Below, piece after piece: positions 8,193 through 14,852 of a stretch of DNA of 64,000 bases. A program made the translations under genes and the position numbers. The stretch lies in the sequence record NC_041917.1. One strand, 5' to 3'. Position 1 is the first letter of the stretch. Each line of letters opens with the position of its first letter. The notes beneath the pieces were generated by a model. The model was not told the origin of the DNA and did not search any database. It was given only the letters and a program-made list of their open reading frames with translations.

Positions 8193-8231
8193 TGATTTTA
8201 ATTAAGAAGTACTAAAGAATTTGATACACAC

Positions 8232-8384
8232 GGATTTATACAGCAAACATAATCCTAAAATAAAACATACGATAATGTTACTAACTCGGAATTCGTTCCC
8301 TTCGTTAGTACTTGGCAACTTGGGTACTTAAATAAGTTGTATCACCTCACGTGTATCGGATTAGAGGTGATTATAAATAAATCC
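8232..8384 (+). ncRNA. ACAGCA element with multi-hairpin cargo
   Basis: GGATTTAT-ACAGCA ... ATAAATCC; internal GGAA-TTCG-TTCC, CAACTT/AAGTTG, ATCACCTC/GAGGTGAT. Confidence 0.65.
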
Positions 8385-8392
8385 AGTAACAC

Positions 8393-8418
8393 AAAAGTAC
8401 CTTGAACGGTACTTTTTT
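8393..8418 (+). terminator. intrinsic terminator
   Basis: AAAAGTACC-TTGAAC-GGTACTTTTTT. Confidence 0.7.
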
Positions 8419-8420
8419 AT

Positions 8421-8513
8421 GGTAGGTTGGCAGAGTTTGGCTTATTGCACTTGTCTTGAAAACAAGCGGGGGTTAACAGCCCTCCGAGGGTTCAAATCCC
8501 TCACCTACCTCCA
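8421..8513 (+). tRNA. tRNA-Ser(UGA)
   Basis: CTTGT-CTTGAAA-ACAAG, long variable arm, CCA. Confidence 0.95.
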
Positions 8514-8530
8514 ATACAATAAAGGTGAAC

Positions 8531-8842
8531 ATGATGGATTCAGTTGGTTTAATCGTTGTGTTTTTAGAACAACGTGTTCGTGGTTCTCATGAAATACATT
8601 ATGTAGTACAAGTTACTGAAGAAGGAACTTGTGACGTTCATGTTACGGACTCATGGAGTTTTAAGTCATGGGAAGATTTAAAAGAAACGCATCCTACTTT
8701 CAAAAGTTTGTTATATGAATTTTTTAATTCTTGCAATTGGGCACCTTATGTAAACGAAAAAGAAATTTGGGCTGATGAAGTAATCGGCGGCGAAGGTCTT
8801 TATGATGATTATGATTCACATGTATTAAGTACTGATTTGTAA
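8531..8842 (+). CDS. hypothetical protein
   Basis: AAGGTG RBS. Confidence 0.7.
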   Translation: MMDSVGLIVVFLEQRVRGSHEIHYVVQVTEEGTCDVHVTDSWSFKSWEDLKETHPTFKSLLYEFFNSCNWAPYVNEKEIWADEVIGGEGLYDDYDSHVLSTDL

Positions 8843-8850
8843 AGTTCAAT

Positions 8851-8925
8851 GGGGTACGTAGCTCAGTCTGGTAGAGCAGCCATGCGAAAACGGTGTGTCG
8901 GTGGTTCGAATCCACTCGCTCCCCA
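8851..8925 (+). pseudogene. pseudo-tRNA (Phe GAA-like, damaged anticodon arm)
   Basis: Good D and T arms; acceptor has 2 mismatches; anticodon stem poorly paired around GCGAAAA. Confidence 0.5.
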
Positions 8926-8929
8926 CTAA

Positions 8930-8986
8930 GGAATCTAGCAGCAACCATAACCCAATCAAACTTTTAATTTGACAATTATGGATTCC
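8930..8986 (+). ncRNA. ACAGCA element carrying an isolated Lys(UUU) anticodon stem-loop
   Basis: GGAATCT-A-GCAGCA ... TCAAA-CTTTTAA-TTTGA ... GGATTCC. Confidence 0.75.
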
Positions 8987-9164
8987 CGTTATTTTTAAGG
9001 ATGTGATATGTCTAAAGAACAAGATGATTTTGAAAAAGAATATCTTATAAGTAAGCGTATTGATCCAAAAGCAACATTTTATATAAAATCTCGTAGAAAG
9101 AAAAATGGTTATAGAACTCGTGAATTGAATAATAAATTTCAAGAATTTCTTAAACGATTTAAAG

Positions 9165-9256
9165 GGTAAAGTGGCAGAGCGGCTGAATGCAACCGCTTGG
9201 AAAGCGGTCAGGTTAGGTAATCCCTAGCCTCGTAGGTTCAAATCCTATCTTTACCG
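9165..9256 (+). tRNA. tRNA-Ser(GGA)
   Basis: ACCGC-TTGGAAA-GCGGT, long variable arm. Confidence 0.9.
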
Positions 9257-9308
9257 CAAAGTAATAACTCCTTATTAAAGTGAAGTACAAAAACAACAGG
9301 AGAATATT

Positions 9309-9665
9309 ATGTACGAGAAAGATGATGGTCCATTAACTGATGAACAAATTCGTATCATCCGTGAAATGAATAGCCATCTGAATCAAACTGATTTAGAAAT
9401 TGATTTAAATTGGTTGAACAGTGATATACAAGGAAATGCAATGTATTACGACTATTATTACAAAGTTGACGGTGACCTTCGTCGTTATACCAGTAATCAA
9501 GAGTTAACGGATGCGGAAATCAATAATATTTTTGGTGCAAGCAAACAAGTAGTAATGCTTACTCCAATTGTATTTGAACGTGACGTAACTACTGAAGACA
9601 AATCTGGTAAAAAGATTAAAAGTACTGAAAAAGTACATGTTGGCTTCTTAGGATATGTGGAATAA
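9309..9665 (+). CDS. hypothetical protein
   Basis: AGGAG RBS. Confidence 0.7.
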   Translation: MYEKDDGPLTDEQIRIIREMNSHLNQTDLEIDLNWLNSDIQGNAMYYDYYYKVDGDLRRYTSNQELTDAEINNIFGASKQVVMLTPIVFERDVTTEDKSGKKIKSTEKVHVGFLGYVE

Positions 9666-9667
9666 AA

Positions 9668-10354
9668 ATGTCAAAAAAGACTGATAAAGAAGTAAAAGAT
9701 ACAAAAGAAAAGTACACTGTTGTTAAACACGGCTCACTAACACTAGTGAATACACCAACAGTAAAAACTTTCTATATGAATGGTTCTATTGATCATCCTA
9801 CATTAACTAAGTTCCAAAAGTTCTTAGAAGATACATGTACGGAAAATAATAAAATTGATACCGAAGAAACTGAACGCAAAGAAAAGGATGAATTTAAAAA
9901 GATTCATGATCCTGAATCTAAGCCAGAGTTTGTTCCTGCTAAACGTAAAGTTGAGCGTATCAATCTGGTTATCAATAGTGGTGGTGGTTTAGTTGCAGTA
10001 ATGCTAGAAGTTGTAGCACTAATGAAAACTTCACCAATTCCAATTGATACCTACTGTTTTGGTTCTGCAATGAGTGCAGCTTTCTTTATCTTCTTACATG
10101 GCAAACGCCGTTTTGTTGGTGAAGGTGCCTCATTTATGACACATAGCATTGGTGCTATGGCATGGGATAATGTACCAAACATGACAATTCGTATGGAGTA
10201 CTTGGTTAAACAAAACGAGTACGCACAACAGGAAATTGCTAAACGTACTGGAATTCCTCTTGAAAAATTAAAAGAGAAAGAACATCTCGATTGGTACTTG
10301 ACTGCTGAAGAAGCGTTAGATGTTAAAATCGGTGAATATTTGATCCGAGATTAA
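9668..10354 (+). CDS. clpP: ClpP-like serine protease
   Basis: INSGGG, AMSAA (catalytic Ser), MTHS (His), DWYLTAEEA. Confidence 0.85.
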   Translation: MSKKTDKEVKDTKEKYTVVKHGSLTLVNTPTVKTFYMNGSIDHPTLTKFQKFLEDTCTENNKIDTEETERKEKDEFKKIHDPESKPEFVPAKRKVERINLVINSGGGLVAVMLEVVALMKTSPIPIDTYCFGSAMSAAFFIFLHGKRRFVGEGASFMTHSIGAMAWDNVPNMTIRMEYLVKQNEYAQQEIAKRTGIPLEKLKEKEHLDWYLTAEEALDVKIGEYLIRD

Positions 10355-10400
10355 ATATAAATTCTGGATTCGAAAGAATCCTTTTTTAAGTGAGATGATT

Positions 10401-10625
10401 ATGGACAATCAACACAAACATATTAAAGGGTATCGTGACCTTTCACAAAAAGAAGTGGATGCGATGAATGAGATTAAACAACTGGCTGCCACCATTGGAG
10501 AGTTGATAGAAAAACTTGAAAGTACTGAATCAGTAGATAAACGTTGGCTTGCAATTGCAAAGACGGATTTACAAAAAGGATTCATGTCAGCAGTACGAAG
10601 TGTGGCTAAACCAGATTCCTTCTAA
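10401..10625 (+). CDS. acb2: anti-CBASS nucleotide sponge Acb2 (T4 Vs.4-like)
   Basis: MDNQHKHIKGYRDLSQ ... RWLAIAKTDLQKGFMSAVRSVAKPDSF closely follows the Acb2/Vs.4 signature. Confidence 0.9.
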   Translation: MDNQHKHIKGYRDLSQKEVDAMNEIKQLAATIGELIEKLESTESVDKRWLAIAKTDLQKGFMSAVRSVAKPDSF

Positions 10626-10634
10626 GGAACAAAG

Positions 10635-11015
10635 ATGTATACAACGGTTAATCATGCTGATATAATTGATGATATTATAACTGAAATACTTGAAATTTAT
10701 ACATGTCGAGTTGAAATTTATAAAGATGGTCATTTATTCACTCAGTACGGGTATAATACTAAACATAATGTGAATTATCATATAAATGTAAAGTACTATA
10801 ATGATAATCCAAGTAATGGTGATAAAGCGAATAGCTTAATGGTAGAATTTAAATTTACCAATAGAGTTCCGAAGGGACTAAAAAATCATTACAAGTTATC
10901 TATACCTGAAATAACAAGTCTTACAGAAGAACGGCATTTTCAATTAATGTTTATCACTGATGATATGTATTTGGATTATGAAGTTATAAATAAATTACGT
11001 ACACATATTGTGTAA
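10635..11015 (+). CDS. hypothetical protein (EExxFQ family)
   Basis: EERHFQL motif. Confidence 0.7.
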   Translation: MYTTVNHADIIDDIITEILEIYTCRVEIYKDGHLFTQYGYNTKHNVNYHINVKYYNDNPSNGDKANSLMVEFKFTNRVPKGLKNHYKLSIPEITSLTEERHFQLMFITDDMYLDYEVINKLRTHIV

Positions 11016-11023
11016 AAAAGTTT

Positions 11024-11077
11024 TAGAATCTAACAGCAATCAAAACTCATTGGATATATGAAAAAAGATAGATTCTA
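11024..11077 (+). ncRNA. minimal ACAGCA element
   Basis: TAGAATCTA-ACAGCA ... TCAT-TGGATAT-ATGA ... TAGATTCTA. Confidence 0.75.
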
Positions 11078-11083
11078 GTATTT

Positions 11084-11156
11084 GGGAATATAATTCAGTT
11101 GGTAGAATGCTCGACCGATAATCGAGTCGCCGCTGGTTCGAGTCCAGCTATTCCCA
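11084..11156 (+). tRNA. tRNA-Ile(GAU)
   Basis: CTCGA-CCGATAA-TCGAG (C33 rather than U33). Confidence 0.9.
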
Positions 11157-11255
11157 CGAAGTAGTTCAGTACTGAAAAATGTACAGTGAAATTATTCAAC
11201 ACTATAGGTAGCACTTTGAATGAATCAGTAAGCCTATAAGTAACTACAATAAATT

Positions 11256-11384
11256 TGGAATTCAACAGCAATTCACTTACTAAAAACAGCTACCTCACGG
11301 TTTGTAGGTTCAAGTCCTACCTTGTACTTTCGAGTACATGTGGTGAAAATGGTAAACACGGCTGTCCAAAAGAAATGAATTCCA
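11256..11384 (+). tRNA. circularly permuted tRNA-Leu (probably UAA) inside an ACAGCA element
   Basis: 3' half (ACAGC, variable arm, T-arm, CTTGTAC) precedes TTTCGA linker and 5' half (GTACATG, D-arm, GCTGT). Confidence 0.85.
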
Positions 11385-11436
11385 GTATTAATTAAGACAT
11401 AAATATTCTTATACACTTTTTTGTAAGGATATAATT

Positions 11437-12036
11437 ATGGAAATGAAAAAGTTGATGGAAGATATTTCTGCCATCATGGAAGGACAACTACCTGGTTATT
11501 ATTATCATGGAAGTTCTGCCCCAATATCAAATTTTAGTGATGAGTTTGTTGGTAGAGGAAATGATGAATACGGTCCGGGAATATATTTTAGTTCAGTTCC
11601 AAATACTTCTATAGGTTATGCAAAAGATGGCGGTTCTAATGGAATGGTATATCAGTGCGAAATCAATTTAAGAAAAGAACTATCTAAAAAAACTAGAGTT
11701 AATAAAGCAGTACTATTAAAATTAATGCAAAATACACCTGATGAAGATGCATATACTAACTGGAATGAAAATAAAAATGTTGCTTATAGAACAGCATTAC
11801 AGGGTTATGTAGATGAAGGTAATATGTATGATGCGTTAATGGGTGTTTGGTACGATTGGTATAGAGAATATCCTGTTCAATTCGTGCGTTCACTAGTACA
11901 GTTAGGATATGATGGATACATATATACTTTTGCAAGCGGTGAACGTTTTATTATAGTATATAATCCAGCAAGTATAAAAGTTGTAAACACATTCAATCCA
12001 GAAGAAGCTATGCAGAAACTGATTGGAAGTGAATAA
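11437..12036 (+). CDS. ADP-ribosyltransferase-like protein
   Basis: YHGS ... GPGIYFS ... ERFIIVYNP pattern of ART-fold (ART-PolyVal-like) domains. Confidence 0.55.
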   Translation: MEMKKLMEDISAIMEGQLPGYYYHGSSAPISNFSDEFVGRGNDEYGPGIYFSSVPNTSIGYAKDGGSNGMVYQCEINLRKELSKKTRVNKAVLLKLMQNTPDEDAYTNWNENKNVAYRTALQGYVDEGNMYDALMGVWYDWYREYPVQFVRSLVQLGYDGYIYTFASGERFIIVYNPASIKVVNTFNPEEAMQKLIGSE

Positions 12037-12043
12037 TAAGATT

Positions 12044-12163
12044 TGGAATTCAACAGCAAATCATTCTAAACCCGTAGCATGTCGTAGGTTCAAGTCCTAC
12101 CAGTACTATCGAGTACTGTAGCTCAGTTGGTAGAGCAGCCACCTTAAAAAGAAATGAATTCCA
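12044..12163 (+). tRNA. circularly permuted class I tRNA inside an ACAGCA element (anticodon uncertain)
   Basis: GTAGC-ATGTC-T-arm-CAGTACT-ATCG-AGTACTG-TA-GCTCAGTTGGTAGAGC-A-GCCAC. Confidence 0.8.
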
Positions 12164-12194
12164 GTATTAATTAAAACAACATGAGTATAAATCA

Positions 12195-12644
12195 ATGTCT
12201 GATAAGCATCAATTTAAAGTAAACATCGGTGATTGGTCACAAGATGGTCATAATCAATATGATGTTTTAGTTCTTAACAGTACTAAACCAGTAGATGAAG
12301 TACAAAAAGCATTTAAAAAAGCTGCAACAGATTTACATTTACTAGTAAATGGTCGTTTTCTAATTGCAGATGAATTTGAAGATTGTAGTCTATCTGAAGA
12401 CCATGCAGAAGTTCTTAAAAATGCAGGTGTAAAATTTGATGATTTAGTGTATAATGATGGCGATGATGAAGAACCAAATTATATTATTGAAGGTTCAAGT
12501 GATATGACTATCCTAGTGATGCGTATCGCCCAACTTGAATTGGACTTTGAATTTGAAATTACGAATGATGCAATTCCGAACTTTAACGGGTTCTGGACAG
12601 AAGAACAAATGCCATCAATCGGATATGGTTTGTATAACATATAA
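12195..12644 (+). CDS. hypothetical protein
   Basis: ORF track. Confidence 0.75.
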   Translation: MSDKHQFKVNIGDWSQDGHNQYDVLVLNSTKPVDEVQKAFKKAATDLHLLVNGRFLIADEFEDCSLSEDHAEVLKNAGVKFDDLVYNDGDDEEPNYIIEGSSDMTILVMRIAQLELDFEFEITNDAIPNFNGFWTEEQMPSIGYGLYNI

Positions 12645-12653
12645 AACAAGTTT

Positions 12654-12718
12654 TGGAATCTAGCAGCACCCATAAAATGAAATCAACTGTTAATTGAAAA
12701 ATTCAAAAATGGATTCCA
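12654..12718 (+). ncRNA. ACAGCA element carrying an isolated Asn(GUU) anticodon stem-loop
   Basis: TGGAATCT-A-GCAGCA ... TCAA-CTGTTAA-TTGA ... GGATTCCA. Confidence 0.7.
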
Positions 12719-12738
12719 GCCTATTTCGGAGTAAAAAA

Positions 12739-13008
12739 ATGTATTATGCTCGATTAGAATATCCAAACAATGGATATGAGATTGAAAGAATACGTCTTAA
12801 AGCCTTAGATCGCAAAAAGTACTATCCAGTAGTTTCGATTGATATTGGTAGTTCAAGTACTCGCATATATCTTGAAGGTGATAAGAATGCATATAATAGT
12901 GTGAACTTTGAATTCTATACCAAACATGGTGATGAATATATTCTTGAAGATATTTTCGAAGACCCTGATTTAAACCCGTACTTGGATGATGATGACGAAG
13001 AATATTAA
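12739..13008 (+). CDS. hypothetical protein
   Basis: ATG 12739 after GGAG. Confidence 0.7.
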   Translation: MYYARLEYPNNGYEIERIRLKALDRKKYYPVVSIDIGSSSTRIYLEGDKNAYNSVNFEFYTKHGDEYILEDIFEDPDLNPYLDDDDEEY

Positions 13009-13076
13009 ATAAAAATACCACAAATAAATGAAACGCTTCAAAAAATTGTGGTATAATATAAGTAAGTTAAACAAGA

Positions 13077-13148
13077 GGTTATGTCGTATAAAGGTTATTA
13101 CGGAGAGCTGTTAACTCTTTTATCTTGGTTCGATTCCAAGCATGACCG
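13077..13148 (+). tRNA. tRNA-Asn(GUU)
   Basis: GAGAG-CTGTTAA-CTCTT; acceptor GGTTATG/CATGACC; atypical D-arm. Confidence 0.85.
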
Positions 13149-13265
13149 CAAAAAGTTAAATTCACCAGGCGTACTATGGTGGGAAAGGTATCATGATACC
13201 AATTCGAATAGAATACGTATTAAACCCTTGAACGGTTTTCTGTAAACTCAATTTAACAAATAATT

Positions 13266-13320
13266 AAGAATCTAACAGCAATAAAAACTCATTCGATTAT
13301 ATGAAAAAAGATAGATTCTT
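13266..13320 (+). ncRNA. minimal ACAGCA element
   Basis: AAGAATCTA-ACAGCA ... TAGATTCTT; near copy of 11024-11077. Confidence 0.75.
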
Positions 13321-13325
13321 GTTTT

Positions 13326-13398
13326 AGGAGTATGGTGTAATTGGTTAGCACACGTGACTTTGACTCACGTAGTTGAGGTTCGAGTCCTTATATTCCTG
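13326..13398 (+). tRNA. tRNA-Gln(UUG)
   Basis: CGTGA-CTTTGAC-TCACG. Confidence 0.95.
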
Positions 13399-13549
13399 CA
13401 AATTAAAATTTCATTCATTTCCTTGTGTGAAACAAGCTGGTATGATTCCCCTTGCTTGTAAAATTATCGAACGGGAACCGCGTTGCACCTGTACAGGTCA
13501 GATTGTAAAGATCGAGTATGTACAGTACTGAGAGCGGCAGTACAACAAA

Positions 13550-13631
13550 GCGGGATTAGCTCAGTGGTAGAGCACTTGCCTTCCAAGCAAGAGGCGAATA
13601 GGTTCCATCGGTTCGAATCCGATATTCCGCT
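13550..13631 (+). tRNA. tRNA-Gly(UCC) with 15-nt variable region
   Basis: CTTGC-CTTCCAA-GCAAG; U73. Confidence 0.9.
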
Positions 13632-13749
13632 CAAACTAAACAAACAATAAGGTGATTTTTATGCTATAGAATCCTAGTACTGGTCCTCCTAAAGAATTTA
13701 ATTCTGATATAAACAACTCAAAATTAAACTACTATAGGAAGAACATACC

Positions 13750-14076
13750 ATGTTAAACAAAGAACAATATATTACTGTAAAAAATACTTGGAAAGCTGTA
13801 AAAGAACATAACATTTTTGATCATGTGATCTATAATGTACTTCGTGGAGTCCCATCTGATACTGGTTTCGCACCAATTACAGACAGGGGTCGTTTACACG
13901 CTAACAACAATGACCCGTTCAATATGTACAATTTCGCAGTTCGTGAAATTCATTATGAATTAAACGAAAAACGGTACAATTACGAAAAGACAGTAAAGCA
14001 TTATTCTGAACTATTCGGCATTGAATTTACAAAAGAACTCATCGAAGAAATTGTTTCTTTGATTAAAGTTAAATAA
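13750..14076 (+). CDS. hypothetical protein
   Basis: AGGAAG RBS. Confidence 0.7.
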   Translation: MLNKEQYITVKNTWKAVKEHNIFDHVIYNVLRGVPSDTGFAPITDRGRLHANNNDPFNMYNFAVREIHYELNEKRYNYEKTVKHYSELFGIEFTKELIEEIVSLIKVK

Positions 14077-14084
14077 CAGAATTA

Positions 14085-14141
14085 AAGAATCCAGCAGCAA
14101 CTAAAACTCATTCGCTTAATATGAAAAAGAAACGGATTCTT
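14085..14141 (+). ncRNA. minimal ACAGCA element
   Basis: AAGAATCC-A-GCAGCA ... AGAAA-C-GGATTCTT. Confidence 0.75.
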
Positions 14142-14161
14142 GTTTTTATTTGGAAAACGAT

Positions 14162-14389
14162 ATGAAACGTAACTACTTCCATTTTGTTACTTTTACTAAA
14201 CCAAAGGTATCTACAACTAAAAGTGCAGACGATGTTGCACAATTAATTGAAGATACTATCAATAAAATGCAAGAAGATGGTGAAAAATATGGAGAAATTC
14301 ATATTGATATGCCAGAAGACTTAACACCAGAAGAACAACAAATGTTCATAGAAGAAATTATGAAACGGTTTGGTGGAACTGATGAGTAA
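14162..14389 (+). CDS. hypothetical protein
   Basis: ORF track, ATG 14162. Confidence 0.65.
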   Translation: MKRNYFHFVTFTKPKVSTTKSADDVAQLIEDTINKMQEDGEKYGEIHIDMPEDLTPEEQQMFIEEIMKRFGGTDE

Positions 14390-14636
14390 TTCATTTTATG
14401 AAGATTTAAGATTTAGATATATTGAAGTGCTTGATTGTCAAGCATATTGTAATCCTGATGAACCTACTAGCAACAAACATTTAGTATGGATGTTATTAGA
14501 ACTAAGTAATCCTAATATGTCTGAAACAAAGAAACATAGATGGTTAGGATACATACAAGGTTGTATGGTTTCTAAAGGACTAATCAATGTTCAAGAAGAA
14601 CGTGAATTAACCAGAGATGTATTTCAAGGTAAATAA
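14382..14636 (+). CDS. conserved phage hypothetical protein
   Basis: KKHRWLGYIQG motif common in phage small proteins. Confidence 0.7.
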   Translation: MSNSFYEDLRFRYIEVLDCQAYCNPDEPTSNKHLVWMLLELSNPNMSETKKHRWLGYIQGCMVSKGLINVQEERELTRDVFQGK

Positions 14637-14637
14637 T

Positions 14638-14847
14638 ATGAAAAAATATTTTGTACGCTACACTTATCCTAGTACTGAATATAGTCAAGAACTTCATGAC
14701 TTTGAACGAATAGAAACAAGTGATATTATTAGTACTGAACACGAATTTGAAGATATTTCGGATGTTCGTGAAAAATTAAGAAGTGTATTTTCATGGCGTA
14801 ATATTCAAGAACATGAATTTGACGTTATAGCATTGAACGTGCTATAA
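14638..14847 (+). CDS. hypothetical protein
   Basis: AAGG RBS. Confidence 0.65.
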   Translation: MKKYFVRYTYPSTEYSQELHDFERIETSDIISTEHEFEDISDVREKLRSVFSWRNIQEHEFDVIALNVL

Positions 14848-14852
14848 TAAAT

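Noticed and set aside
7529-9142. Minus-strand ORFs over tRNA and element loci (also 4944, 18941, 19168, 24206)
   Set aside because: They are antisense shadows of RNA genes with no RBS.
11161-11247. Paired region GTAGTT/AACTAC with CTATAGG/CCTATA between tRNA-Ile and the permuted Leu
   Set aside because: Some pairing, but no tRNA arms or element motif; could be spacer structure.
11277-11290. Amber suppressor (CUA) reading of the permuted tRNA
   Set aside because: Placing CTA at 34-36 breaks the GCTGT/ACAGC stem register; UAA fits the Leu-type body better.
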